Origin: the human T2T-CHM13v2.0 reference genome, Homo sapiens
Length of the DNA stretch: 64,000 bases
NCBI RefSeq assembly: GCF_009914755.1
Contig: NC_060928.1
Direction: 5' to 3' (one strand)
Part shown: positions 26,809 through 47,620 of the stretch, in pieces
Position numbering within the stretch: the stretch's first letter is position 1
Layout of the letters: the number at the start of each line of letters is the position of its first letter
Notes under the pieces: generated by a model
Database searches by the model: none
What the model saw: only the letters and a program-made list of their open reading frames with translations
What the model was told of the DNA's origin: nothing
Made by a program: the position numbers and the translations under genes

Positions 26809-27344
26809 AAAATTGTTTATAGTAATGGTTTAAAACAATTCTTACCCCAAATTCACATTTTCTTTTACTCTTCCCAGCTACAAGTTAGAGTTGGATTATC
26901 TACATTACGAAGAGAGGAAAGTGATTGTAAAACTAGACTTTATTTCATTCAGCAAAGGAAATTCATTGGCAGGGTGAGACTAGTCGAGTGAGTATTTCAT
27001 TGAGGTGGTTAAGAAAAGAAAAAGGTGTGAACAAATGATAAAAGGTGGAATAAGCTTGATGACCTTGGAAAGGTGTCCTATTGATTGTTCAGGTGACAAA
27101 TCAGGTCATGTATTATGTGGTAGTCACAGATTATATAATTTGGTTCTTGTCAATTCTGTAAATAATTCATTGTGTAACCTATGAAAAACTCTCCAAGCCT
27201 CAGTTTCTTATAAAATAAGATATAGATATGGCTTTAAATTTTTTTCAATTCTCTAATTTTTGTTATATCTGAAGTTAGGCTATCAAAGATAAACCACAGC
27301 CAATCACTTTCTTAAGTGTCTAATGCATATTTTGCACAATGCTA

Positions 27345-27441
27345 TGAGGAGGAAAAGAAGAAAGAGAGAAAGAAAGAAGAAAGAGAAAGAAAGAAGAAAG
27401 AGGAGGAGAGAGAGAGGGGAAAGAAGAAGTGGGGAGGAAAA
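27345..27441. repeat. GA-rich polypurine tract
   Basis: About 95 bp almost exclusively A/G. Confidence 0.85.
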
Positions 27442-28274
27442 ATCATATTCTTCAGTTTATAATTTAGTTGTCAGAACAAGAGCAAACACATGTTTAAAAT
27501 TTTGTGAACAATTCCTTCATGGCAACAAAAAAGACATGGTGATTTTAAAATTTATATTTGTTCTAATAGTCTTAACCAGGATAAATGACCAGAAAGAGAG
27601 TAATGGCTATTGCAGTATGTAAAGAAGACTAGAGTAGGAGTTGGAAGATTTGGAACAAATCCCAATTTTGTTGTATCATCCTTATTTAGTGAAAATGTTA
27701 ATAATTATTAAGCATCTGTCATGAATTAGGTACCTTGCTAACTAACTACTTTATATATTTTAATAATCCACAATTGTAGTGTGCCAGAGTTGGAGCCTTC
27801 AAGTTTTAGTGATTAATTGAAAAGCACAACTTATTTCTTCTTGTGCTATGGACTTTTTAATGAGTCCTCATATTCAGAAAGCCGTAGAAGTCAAGTGGGT
27901 AGTTACTTAATGTTGGCTAGGCAGTTGATTTATTGAGTCTGCAATAGATGCTAACTTTCCCTGGTTGATTGGGAGAAAAAGTCAATGGAAAGTAACAAAG
28001 AAAGCTTCATTACATTTCTTTGCTATTCATACAAGCTTTCAGTGCTAGTGAATGTTTTGTGCAATTGCTCAAAGTATTATATTATTTGGGAGCATGGAAA
28101 ATGTTTTCATGTTTACTTGTTGTTTTCCTCAAGAAAATTTCCAGAGCTAGGTATAACTCACAAAATCTTTTTTCAGTCTTATAAAGAATGAGAACACTTG
28201 TTAAATGTGCCAACCTCCCTTTAGCAGAAACAGCTCCATTAAGCCAGTATATTTGGCACTTTCTCAATGCACGA

Positions 28275-28310
28275 TGTGTGTGTGGGGTGTGTGTGTGTGT
28301 GTGTGTGTGT
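28275..28310. repeat. (GT)n microsatellite, interrupted
   Basis: TGTGTGTGTGGGGTGTGTGTGTGTGTGTGTGTGTGT. Confidence 0.9.
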
Positions 28311-28520
28311 TTTAGTTTATGAAACCAATTTAAATGCTGCATTCCTAAAAAGCTGGCTATGATCCTCAATTTTACAGAGAAGAAAAGACGTTTTGAAATC
28401 GTTTAATATACCACCAAATCTGAATGCCAATGAGCTACAATTTACCAGTAACATACATTCTTTATTAATATTACCTTCTTTTGCTTTCAGAAGGCATGTA
28501 GGGAGAAGGCCATAATTAGA

Positions 28521-28570
28521 ATATATGTATATATATTTATTTATATTTATATATATATGTATATATATTT
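28521..28570. repeat. (TA)n-rich tract
   Basis: ATATATGTATATATATTTATTTATATTTATATATATATGTATATATAT. Confidence 0.8.
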
Positions 28571-30149
28571 GCCAATCTAGAATTTCTAATCTCCATACAC
28601 TTTGGCAACTATTGGGGAACTAAAAGATGTATCATGGAAAAACAAATTAAAATGTTAAATTCAAGGACACAGTGCTTTGAATAAAAGCCTCAGATAATGT
28701 GAACTTGATAAGCTCATCAGATATAAATGAAAGATCTTGCATAAATGATAGATTTCGTGACTTGGGGGACTAAAGAAGTTTTAAAATGCATCTAATACTA
28801 AGCACTCTTTTGGAGAATTAATGTAAAAACTAAATCATTGACCTGTAGAAATTAGGTAATAACACTTACTATTATTGCACATTATCAATTTATGAGATGT
28901 TACATTGTAGTCCTAAACATTGAGGCTGAAACAAATCTTAAAAGCCCTCATTATTACTTTACTCTTTGGGTAGATATTATTACTGGAAGTATCATAGAAT
29001 GTCAGACCTAGAAAGGAGTAAGGAATGGAACTAATCCTCTTATTTACATAGGAGGAACATGTAAAGGCAATACAGTTGTGATTGTCTGAGGTCATGTGAT
29101 TTTTGTCTGTGTACATGGGACTTTTACTTGCTCCTTTAAAGGAATCTCAATAGCTTATAAATGTCAAAAGGAAAAACCAATCATCTCTTTACATTAGCAC
29201 ATTTTATTTCATTTACTGATATTATTAAGCCAAATATTTATATTTTAATACCCTAGTAATGATATTTATATTTTTTCAAGGAATTTTTTTACATTGTTGC
29301 ATAAGATTTTCATCATACTTTATGAGTGCAAGCACTTTTACTATTATATGTGAGTCTTATTAATGTTAATTATTTAGAAATAGAGATGACACAAAGAGCT
29401 AGGTAACAAAACAATAAATAAATTCAACAGTAAAACATTTTGAAATGCAAATATTTTAAATAAAAATTTTTAATGAATAAAAGTATGCATGTTCTTGAAA
29501 TAAATACTTTTATTAAAAACTCATCGGTTACATTTCCAAAATATAAATCTGATACCAACTATCAATTTTAGTTTATAGGCAGTGAACATTAAAGCTGGAT
29601 TAACATCATGCTGATTTTGTTTTTCATTTTCTTTTTAATTGAAAATAAAGTGTGCCACCAGTCAAGGTGAATAATGTCTATAGATTTTTCACCTGTGTTT
29701 TGTGGCTGAATTTATTTACACCCACATTAACTGATTAGCTCCTGCCATGCAGTTCCATATTCATCAATTATTTATGAAAATGCCTCATTGTATTTGTCAT
29801 ATATGTATCAGTTTGAATGACAAGATGGCTCTTCTAATATGCTGGTATTTTACTATAGTTAAAATAATGAGAAACTGGTAATTTTTTTTAATGCCATGAA
29901 GATAAAGGTGTTTAAGTCCTGTTAAGCAGAATTAACCAAAATAAGAGCTTTCCCAGGTAAACACTTGGTTTTGTATTTTACCTAATTATCTAAATTCAAC
30001 TGTATGACACGTCCTAATTGAATAACGATGGTAATTTCTGTGATAGAGATGAAAAGCACATAAACTTGTTCTGAAGTTCGCTTACCATCATAGCATATAG
30101 ACACGTAAACAAATAATTTCGATATAGCTTGATAATCATTAAAACCTAA

Positions 30150-30360
30150 CACTTCTTATTTAGCACTTTGTGTGCCAACTCTGTTTTTAATAGTTTTTCC
30201 TAATTTACTCCTTCCAACAACCTTTAAGAGTGGGTTCTATTACTCTCCATTTCACAGAGGAGAAAACAGCAGCACAGAAAGCATATATAACTTGCCTAAG
30301 GTCACATAATTAGATACCTGTGGAGCTGATATTTGAAATCAAACAGCCTGAGACTCAGAA
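30150..30360 (-). mobile_element. MIR SINE
   Basis: CCATTTCACAGAGGAGAAAAC...AACTTGCCTAAGGTCACA. Confidence 0.8.
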
Positions 30361-30601
30361 CAAAACAGCAGAGTGTTCAGTTGTAGCAGAGGGATGGTGC
30401 TGAATTACAGCTGGGAAAAAAATGAATAAGAATGTGCTAGTTAAGGGCTGCACAGTGGTGGAAGGAAACAGGGCAGGCATGAGAGGAAGGATGAGAACAG
30501 ATACAGAGCATTCTGGGATGAGATAAGAGACTTAGTGAGGGCAAAGAGCTATGAGACTGTGGCTGCGTGTAAGGAACTAAGCAGGTTCTTCTTACCTCAG
30601 C

Positions 30602-30786
30602 CATATTTCTCAAAGTGAGTCTCCAGACTGTCTGAAGAAATAAGTGCTTGGATACATTTTGAAAATACAGATTCCTAGACTGTGATAGACCTACTGAGAC
30701 AGAATCTCTGCAGTGAATTCCCAAATGAGAATTTTAATAGAGCACGTCAGATTATTTATTATACATCAAAAGTTTCAGAAGCCTGC
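30602..30786. mobile_element. MER5A-like hAT-Charlie MITE
   Basis: TTTCTCAAAGTG...AAATACAGATTCCTAG...AGACCTACTGAGACAGAATCTCTG...AAAGTTTCAGAAGCCTG. Confidence 0.75.
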
Positions 30787-32275
30787 GCAAGATTGTAAAG
30801 TTCAAGATGAGAAGTGTCAGAAGATGCCTTTGACTTGTCTTCTTTCTGATTATGTTATTTCACATAACATAAAAAACAATATTTCAAAATACATACTAAA
30901 TGTAAACAAAGATTAAAAGCACCTGAGTAAAATAAGCAATCTAACAGACAAAAATAAACCATTCTTTGTCCAGATCCTTACTTCATTTATCCTGTAAGGA
31001 AATTATTTAAAAAAAAACAATTCTTACCTACTTTTATTGAGACACTACATTTCCCCCGCCCACAATCATTTCAGTTCACTATTTTTGCTATCCGCATAAA
31101 CCTTTAGTGAGTCTTTCAAAAGATATGACCAAGTCCAACCCTCATTCATTTAACATAATGATTCTGAATCCTATTGGCAAATAGTGACCTGAGATACTTT
31201 TTAATAAAAGGCGTATGAAAGGAGAACAATTGATTTGCAGGTATTTTTCCCTGTATCTACTATGCAAAAGTCTTTTCACCCTATACTCTCAGGAATACAT
31301 GTATAAGAAGTGTAATATCCATAGGGAGCTTGAAATCCAGAAAGGATATAAGACAGGCCCACACACACAAAATGTAATAAAGTTAAACCATTGTAAGAGC
31401 TTCAAAGAGGTGCAGATAATGCATAGGAGTTCAGCAAAATGCAATTATTACTTAACTGTTGAAATCATTAGGGAAGTTTTCATGGAGGATTGGGCATTTG
31501 AACTTGGTTGTAAATGATGGATGGACTTGTGATATTAAGGTTACCAAACAAGAGCATTTTCAAATGCTTAGGTGGAGAGATCATTATGAATGAAAGCTAG
31601 AAAGCTTTCATAGTAATTGTGGTTAAAGGGATTCTTGGAAAACAGATTACAGTTTTTTATCTTGAGAGGGACTTAAGTAGGGGTGATAAGAATTAAAAGA
31701 GAAGTTGTTCTCACTCTGAGGATACTGAATGCAAGCCTACAGAGTAAGGAATGTAGTCAGTGCTCTGTGTGTGACATTGAACTCCTTTAGCAAAGGAGGA
31801 AAATGAATAACCAAGTTTCAGAGAGAACTGACATCTAGGTGTGAAAAGAACTAGAGAGGAGAGAGACTGAGTTACAGGAACTCTTAAGATAAAATCGAGC
31901 AGACAAGGAATATGATGTTTCAAATCCAATCTGTAGTGCAATATAGAGATGGGAACCTGGGAATGATAGAGTTGGCAAAGCATTCCCCATTTACAAATTG
32001 ATCTTTTCCATGCATTTCGTCATTCTTTCTTTCTCTAGAAAGTGAATTGTTAACTTTGTCAATTTCTATGATATAAATGATCCAACTATGGTCAATTTTA
32101 AACTACCAATGTAATGTATTGAACCTGAATTTGGGACATGTTGGCAGGAAGTTTTCCTCTGTTAACTGAGGTCTGACTTGTTAGAGGCTTGTGAATTAAC
32201 CGACAATAGACAGGTTAATAGGAGGAAAGTTTATTACACATGAAAAACTAGCCAGTAGTGAGGAACTAGAGGTTA

Positions 32276-32896
<621 letters not shown>

Positions 32897-33196
32897 GATC
32901 AAGCAATGTTAATGGGCAGTTGAATCAATTGAATTTATACTTCCCTGTGCTAGGGTTAGACTTCCCCCAAACAGAAAGTTCTCTCAAGACAAGGTCCATG
33001 GCAGCTATATTGTGGGGGAGGTTCTGCTTAAGTTTAGAAAATGTCTCTCTGTCGTTGCTGACTATTCAGAAGTTTTCAGTTTAAAGTAATTTTTGTACCA
33101 CTTTGGTAGGCTGTTAATCCCTTCAGGAAAAAATGTACAAAGTACACTCAAAGAGCACTGGCAAGGCAGCTTCTGCCTTCTGCTGTATGAATCTGC

Positions 33197-39716
<6,520 letters not shown>

Positions 39717-39779
39717 TGAAAACCACCTAAAAATTGCCCTTTCACATGGTGAATTAAATTATTTAAAAACAAACAAAGT

Positions 39780-39930
39780 GGCCTGGCATGGTGGCTCACA
39801 CCTGTAATCCCAGCACTTTTGGAGGTTAAGGCGGGAGGATCTCTTAAGCCCCAAAGTTGAAGTGTGCAGTGAGCTGTGATTGTGCTGCTGCACTCCAGCC
39901 TAGGTGACAGTGAGACCCTGTCTCTAAAAA
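39780..39930 (+). mobile_element. Alu monomer (FRAM/AluJ-derived)
   Basis: GGCCTGGCATGGTGGCTCACACCTGTAATCCCAGC...GCAGTGAGCTGTGATTG...GAGACCCTGTCTC. Confidence 0.8.
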
Positions 39931-40599
39931 GTCAATTAATTAATTAAAATTAAGATTAAAACAAATAAAACCACAACAAAAGTTAAAGATAATCTTAATA
40001 GCAGAGATTTTTGCAAAATAGGAGAGAGGATGCCTTCAGTAATTAGGATTCAGCTGTTAGGGCTAGAGAGATTCTGGTGAATACTACAGGTTTTCTTGAG
40101 AGCTTGAGAGAATTTGGACAAGGAAAAATTACAGAAAATGAAGTAAACCGTTGATTATCCCCCTAAAGTTTAGAACATATGCTATACAGCAAAACAAAAT
40201 TTGCACATTGTGTGTAAAGTTGAAGTATATTCTTTCTGTTTATTCTGCTCATTCCCTTATGTAGTTTTTATTGTAAATTGATTAGCTTGTCCTGGGTATG
40301 TTTGCCACAGGATATGCTAAACCATTTGTCCTTTTTGAGAGGGTTTGTGAAAGAATGAGTTTGATGAAGTCATGACTTCCAAGTAGCATAAGCTCAATAG
40401 TGGATTTTTAAAAGCCATACCCATCATGTTATGAAGCTTAGAGAAGAGGCAGGTGTCCATCTTATTCCTCCTTATAATTTCCTAACCACTGTCTTTTCCT
40501 GCTCCCCTCATAATTTTTGGCAGGAAGCCCATGCCATCAGACTGTATCACTTGCTACCCCTCTTCATTGTAGTCTTCATCCCAACCCCAGCACACTCTT

Positions 40600-41165
40600 G
40601 TCTATTCTTTGAAGATTATAGTCCTCACTCATGTTCATTATTTCCAATGTTGCTTCTAAAATAGTCCATGTTTAGACACATAGCTTATCTTTGTCTCACC
40701 TTGGATTTTAGCTCCTTGAACTGTTTTTTTTTTCAATAATCTTGTTCTCAATCCTATCTCCGCCAGTGTAGTCATTCACAGTGCACCTCTACTGTGATGT
40801 CCATTTGGAATTTCAAACTTAACTTGAACAAGCTGAATTACTGGACTTTACACTTCAAATGTGTACATGTGTACCTTTTGCCATCTTCCCTATCCCATTA
40901 AATTCCTACAGAATCTGTTTACCCAGACAACACCTTGGAAATCATTCTGCCTTCTCTTTTCTCTCATAGCCCATATCCAAACTATGAGGAAATTCTATCA
41001 TTTCTACCTTAAAAAAAAAAAAAATATATATATATATAATATTCAAACAGTTTTTACTACTTCCACTGCTAAAAACTTTGTCCAAACATCCATTATCTCT
41101 CAAACTGTTATAATCACTTTGGAGTGGTCTTTCAGCTTCCACACTCACCCTTCTACAGTGTCTTT
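40600..41165 (+). mobile_element. L2 LINE remnant
   Basis: TTTCAAACTTAAC...CCATATCCAA...TTCTACCTTAAAA...TCCACTGCT...CATTATCTCTC L2 3' motifs. Confidence 0.6.
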
Positions 41166-42756
41166 GTAATGGTGCATTTGCCATATTTTATTCATCACAA
41201 GTGCACTGTGAAATCCAGCCCACACTCAAGGATGACATGAGAGTGCAAATACAAGGAGGTAGGGATCATTTGTGAACATGCTAGAAGCCACCTACCTCAG
41301 GCAGCACAGCTAGTTGTAACGAGTAGGCCTCACTCTCAGAATTTAAAGCTGGAAGCATCCTAGCACTCTGTAGCAGATGCAGAACACAGCTTTCGGTTTA
41401 CAAGCTGCCAATATTATCCTACCTACTGAACTTAAAAAGCCCCAGAATGGAAAGATACTCTTTCCTTTCATTTCAGTGCTCTATCAGCCAAATCTGTCAA
41501 TGAAAAATGGATCTGTGTAGTTCAAGGTCAACCAGCAGCAGTTTGCACCTCCTGAGGCTCTGTGTTTTAGCTAAAGCTACCTGTGGTCTTTGTCTTTTCT
41601 GATGTTGTTGGACCCAGAGGCTTTGCTGAGACACATTCATCTCACAAGCCATCATTTCAGTCTCACAAGACTATATAAAAATAGCGTCATGCCTGAGGGA
41701 AAAGCCTCCATAAGCTTCAGACAACCTTCCAGGTTAAACCTTCTTATGATCTGAGGCTTAATGTTCTCGCTCAGACCTTAGCAGTAAAAAGCCAACTGTA
41801 CAACTGCTGAGCAGAACACACGTTCTCTGCATGTGATCCTGCTAGCAAAAGAGGAATAAGCAGAACCAAAAACACTGAGTTCATTCACCCCAAATTTATT
41901 AGCAAGAAAAGTAATATTTCTTTGCTAGGGAGAAAGGCTGGGAGTGTAACACTAGCAGAGCTTCTGGTACCGGGAATGAGGAATGAGGAATAAGTGTTCC
42001 TACCCATCCTCAGAACTTCCAAATATTTTCTTTGTTTTATAATTTTATGATGTTTTCTTTAATATGTAAAAAAATCAACATAGTCACTTAGGTCAGTCTT
42101 TGTCTTTATTATTTATTTATGTTTATGTTCAGAGAAGCCCTCCTTGTTCTATTGTAACTGAAAGGTAATTTTTACTTACATTTTCTTCAAGTGGTTCTTG
42201 TGGGCTGATTTATATTTAGTATTTTAATCCAGTTATAGTTTACTATAATGCAATTTAAGGATCTGATTTTTTCCCCTAAAAGTTAACGAATTGGTAAATC
42301 ACAACCTATTAAATATCCTGATCAATTTCTCTTTGCCAGTTGAAGATATGATACATTTAGAACCCTCAAACTCCTCAAGTGGTAGTAAAAATTAAGGCAT
42401 TAGCTTTGGAGGGAAATTGATAATATATGTGAAGCTATTCAATTGTGTGCATAGCCTTTAACTGAGACTTTATAACTCTACAAGTGCATTTAAAGAAATA
42501 TTCACATATCTGTCTTAAGAATGTCATCACAACATTATACAGAAAAAATGGAAATACAAAATATCTAATGACAGGATTAATGAAGTTATTTTTATATGAT
42601 GGAAATTTATTCATTCCATATAATGTAAACTTAAGAAAAATATTTGATGTAAGAAAAATCCTGAGAATATAGCTAGGTGCAAAGTTTAGATAGAAATTAT
42701 TATATACATTAATGATGCATTAATGATTATATTATGTTTTAAAATTTTTATCTATT

Positions 42757-45700
42757 TCTCTTCAACTTTTACTTTGAGTTCAGGGGTACATGTGCAGGGT
42801 GTGCAGGTTTGTTATAGGTAAATGTGTGCCATGGTGGTTTGTTGCACAGAGCATCCCATCACCTAGGTATTAAGCCCAGGATCCATTAGCTATTCTTCCT
42901 GATACTCTCTTCCCGCTCAAACCCCCTCCAACAGGTCCCAGTGTGTGTTGTTTTCCCCTATATGTCCATGTGTTCTCATCATTTAGGTCCCACTTAAAAG
43001 TGAGAATATACAGTATTTGGTTTTCTGTTCCTTCACTAGTTTGCTGAGGATAATGGCTTTCAACTCCATCCATGTCCATGTAAAGGGCATGATCCCGTTC
43101 TTTTTTATGGCTGCATAGTATATTATGGTGTATATGTATCACATTTTCTTTATTCAGTCTATCATTGATGGGCATTTAGGTTTATTCCATGTCTTTGCTA
43201 TTGTGAATAGTGCTGCAGTGAACATATGCATGCATGTATCTTTATAATAGAATGATTTATATTTCTTTGGGTATATACCCAGTAATGGGATTGCTGGTTC
43301 AAATTATATTTCTGCCTCTAGGTCTTTGAGGAATTACCACATTGTCTTCCACAATGGTAGAACTAATTTACACTTCCACCAACAGTGTAAAAACATTCCT
43401 TTTTCTCTGCAACCTTGCCAGCATCTGTTTTTTTTTTTTTTTTGACTTTTTAATAACCATTCTGACTGGTGTGAGATGGTATCTCATAGTGGTTTTGATT
43501 TGCATTTCTCTAGTGATCAGTGATGTTGAGCTTTTTTGTTTGTTTGTTGGCTGCATGTATGTCTTCTTTTGAGAAGTGTCTATGCAAGTCCTTTGCCTGC
43601 TTTTTAATGGGATTGTTTGTTTTCTTCTTGTAAATTTGTTTAAGTTCCTTCTAGACTCTGGATATTAGACCTTTGTCCCTTTGTCAGATGGATAGATTGC
43701 AAAAAGTTTCTCCCATTCTCTAGGTTGTCACTTCATTCTAGTGATAGTTTTTTGTTGTTGTTGTTGTTTTTTGTTTTGTTTTGTTTTTTGCTGTGCAGCA
43801 GTTCTTTAGTTTAATTACATCTCATTGGTCAATTTTTGCTTTTGCTGAAATTGCTTTTGGTATTTTTATCATGAAATCTTTGCTCATGCCTATGTCCTGA
43901 ATGGTATTGACCAGATTTTCTTCTAGAGCTTTTATAGTTTTGGGTTTTATATGTAAGTCTTTAATTCCTCTGGAGTTAATTTTTGTATATGGTGTAAGGA
44001 AGAGGTACAGTTTCAATTTTCTGCATATGGCTAGCCAGTTCTCCCAGCACCATTTATTAAGTAGGGAGTCCTTTCCCCATTACTTGTTTTTGTCAGCTTT
44101 GTTGAAGATCAGATAGTTGTACATGTGTGATCTTATTTTTGAGTTCTCTCTTCTGCTTCATTGGTCTATGTGTCTGTTCTTGTATCAGTACCATGCTGAT
44201 TTGATTACTTAAGCCTTGTAGTATGATTTAAAGTCAGGTAGCATGATGCCTTCAGCTTTGTTCTTTTTGCTTAGGATTGTCTTGGCTATTTATGCTCTTT
44301 TTTGGTTCCATTGGAATTATAAACTGTTTTTTTCTTGTTCTGCAAGGAATGTCAACATGGTTTAATGGGAATAGCATTGAATGTATAAACTACTTTTGGG
44401 AAGTATGGTCATTCAGATGATACTGATTCTTCTTATCCGTGAGCATGAAAGGTTTATCTATTTCTTTGTGTCCTCTCTGATTTCTTTGAGCAGTGATTTG
44501 TAGTTCTCCTTGAAGATATCCTTCACTTCCCTTGTTAGCTGTATTCCTAGGAATTTTATTCTTTTTGTAGCAATTGTAAATGTGAATTCATTCATGATTT
44601 GGCTCCCTGCTTGCCTGTTGTTAGTATATAGGAATGCTAGTGATTTTTACACATTGATTTTGTATCCTGAGACTTTGCTGAAATTGTGTATTAGCTTAAG
44701 AAGCTTTAGTGCTGATATGGTTGGGTTTTCTAGATATAGTGTCATGTTATCTGTAAGCAAAGATAATTTGACTTCCTATAATCCTACTTGAATATGCTTT
44801 ATATCTTTCTCTTGCCTGATTGTCCTGGCCAGAACTTCCAATACTGTGTTGAATAGGAGCTGTGAGAGAGGGTATCTTTGTCTTGTGCCAGTTTTCAAGA
44901 GGAATGCTTCCAGCTTTTGCCCATTTAGTATGATATTGGCTGTGGATTTGTCATATGTGGCTTTTATTATTTTGAGGTATGTTCATTCAATACTTAGTTT
45001 ATTAAGAGTTTTTAAACATGAAGAGATGTTGAATTTTATTGAAGGCCTTTTCTGCACCTATTGAGATAATCATGCGGCTTTCACTTTTGTTCTGTTTATG
45101 TGTCAAATGAGAATTACTGATTTGCTTATTTTGAACCAACCATGCATCCCAGGGATGCAGCCACTTGATCATGGTGGATAAACGTTTTGATGTCCTGCTG
45201 GATTTTTTTTTTTTTGTCAGTATTTTATTGAGGATCTTTGCATTGATGTCCATCAAGGATACTGGCCTGAAGTTTTTTTGTTGTTGTATCTCTGCCAGGT
45301 TTGGGGATGATGCTGGCCTCATAGAATGAACTAGGGAGAAGTAGTCCCTTCTTTTTAATTTCTTGGTATAGTTTCAATAGAAATGGTAAAAGCTTTTCTT
45401 TGTACCTCTGGTAGAATTCAGCTGTGAATCTGTCTGGTCATGGGCTTTTTTTGTATTTCTGTTGGGTCAGTGGTAATATCCCCATTGTTTCTGACTGTGG
45501 ATATTTGAATCTTACTTCTTTTCTTTATTAGTCTAGCTAGTGGTCTATCTATGCTATTAATTTTTTTCAAAAAAAGTAGCTCTTGGATTTGTTGATTTTT
45601 TTGAAGTGTTTGTCACAGTCTGCTTCAGTGCAGCTCTGATTTTGGTTATTTCTTGTCTTCCGCTAGTTTTGATATTTATTTGCTCTTGGTTCTCTAGTTC

Positions 45701-47620
45701 TTTTACTTGTGATATTAGGTTTTTAACTTGAGATATTTATAACTTTTTGATGTGGACATTTAGGGTTACAAATTTCCTTCTTAACACTGCCTTAGCTATG
45801 TCCCAGAGATTCTGGTATGTTGTATCCTTGTTCTCATTCATTTCAAAGGACTTCTTGATTTCTTCCTTAATTTTATTATTTACCCGAAAGTCATTCAGGA
45901 GCAAGTTTCTGAATTTTGATGTAATTGTATAGTTTTGAGTGAATTTCTTAGTTTTGATTTCTAGTTTGGGCTGTGGTTCAATAGTTTTTTTATGATTTAA
46001 AATCTTTTGCATTTGCTGAGGCGTGTTTTACTTCTAATTTTGTGATCAATTTTAGAGTATGTGTCATGTGACAATGAGAAGAATGTATACACTGTTGTTT
46101 TGGGGTGGAGAGTTCTGTAGATATCCGTCAGGTCCACTTAATCCAGAGCTGAGTTCAGGTCCTGAATATTTTTGTTAATTTTCTATCTCGGTGATCTGCC
46201 TAATATTGTTATTGGGGCATTAAAGTCTCCCACTATTATTGTGTGAGAGTTGAAGTCTTTTTGTAGGTCTCTAGGAACTTGCTTTATGAATCTGGGTGCT
46301 CCTGTATTGAGTGTATATATATTTAGGATAGTTAGCACTTCTTGTCGAATTGAACTCTTTACCATTATATAATGTCCTTCGTCTCTTTTTTTTTTTTTTA
46401 ATCATTGTTGGTTTAAATTCTGTTTTGTCAGATAGTAGGATTGCAACCCCTGCTTTTTTCTTTTTTCCATTTCCTTGGTAAATTTTCCTCCATCCCTTAA
46501 TTTTGAGCCTATGTTTGTCTTTGCACATGAGATGGATCTTTTCAAGAAGCACACCGATGGGTCTTTTTTCTTTATCTAGCTTGCCATTCTGTGTCTTTTA
46601 ATTGGGGCATTTAGCCCATTGACATTCAAGGTTAATACCGTTATGTGTGAATTTGATCCCGTCATAATGATGCTAGCTGGTTATTTTGCAGACTTGTTTA
46701 GGTGGTAGCTTCTTAGTGTCACTGGTGTGTGTACTTCAGTGTGTTTTTGTAGTGGCTGGTAACAGTTTTTCCCTTCCCTATCACGTGCTTCCTTCAGGAG
46801 CTCTTGCAAGGCAGGCCTGGTAGTGATGAATTCCCTAAGCATTTGTTTGTTTGAAAATGATCTTATTTCTCTTTCACTTATGAACCTTAGTTTGGCCAGA
46901 TATAAAATTCTATGTTGGAAATTTTTTTCCTTAAGAATGCTGAATATTGGCCCCCACTCTCTTCTGGCTTGTAGGCTTTCCACTGAGAGGTCCACTTTTA
47001 GTCTGATGGGCTTCCCTTTCTAGGTGAACTGGCCTTTCTCTGTGGCTGCCCTTAACCTATTTTTTTTTATTTCAATCTTAGAGAGTCTGATGGCTATGTG
47101 TCTTGGGGTTAAACTTCTTGTGAAGTATCTTACTGGGGTTCTCTGCATTTTCTGAATTTGAATGTTGGCCTGTCTTGCTTGGTTGGGGAAGTTCTTCTGG
47201 ATGATATCCTGGAGTATGTTTTCCAGCTTCATTCCATTCTCCCCATCTTTTTCAGGTGCCCCAATCAGTCGTAGGTTCAGTCTCTACATAATCCCATATT
47301 TCTTGGAGGTTTTGTTCATTTATTTTCATTCTTTTTTCTTTATTCTTGTCTTCCTGTCTTATTTCAAAAAGATAGTGTTCAAGCTCTGAAATTCTTTCCT
47401 ATGCTTGATCTATTCTGCTACCTGTGATTGAATTGTGAAGTTCTTGTGTTGTGTTTTTCAGCTCCATCAGACATTTCTCTCTAAGTCCTTCTAAGTCTCT
47501 TTCAGTCCCAGTATGAGAACCTGGAAATTTCAGTTGAAAACGTTGAATTCATTCGCCCCTTTTCATTCCTCTCTGTGAGTGCCATGGACCGCAGCTGCTT
47601 CTATTCGGCCATCTTGGATC
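42757..47620 (-). mobile_element. L1PA10-12-like element with intact ends but large internal 5'UTR/ORF1 deletion
   Basis: 3'UTR CATCCCATCACCTAGGTATTAAGCCCAG, ORF2 and ORF1 fragments in the ORF track, and 5' start CCAAGATGGCCGAATAGAAGCAGC at ~47620; total only 4.9 kb. Confidence 0.9.

Noticed and set aside
27323-27622. Arg/Lys/Glu-rich 99-aa ORF
   Set aside because: Produced by the GA-rich low-complexity tract.
29590-29840. Repeat-free stretch that looks like a conserved non-coding element
   Set aside because: Conservation cannot be judged from a single sequence.
41660-41995. TATA/MEF2-like CTATATAAAAATAG and a GGAATGA triplet
   Set aside because: Isolated short motifs without promoter context; likely chance or a small slippage repeat.
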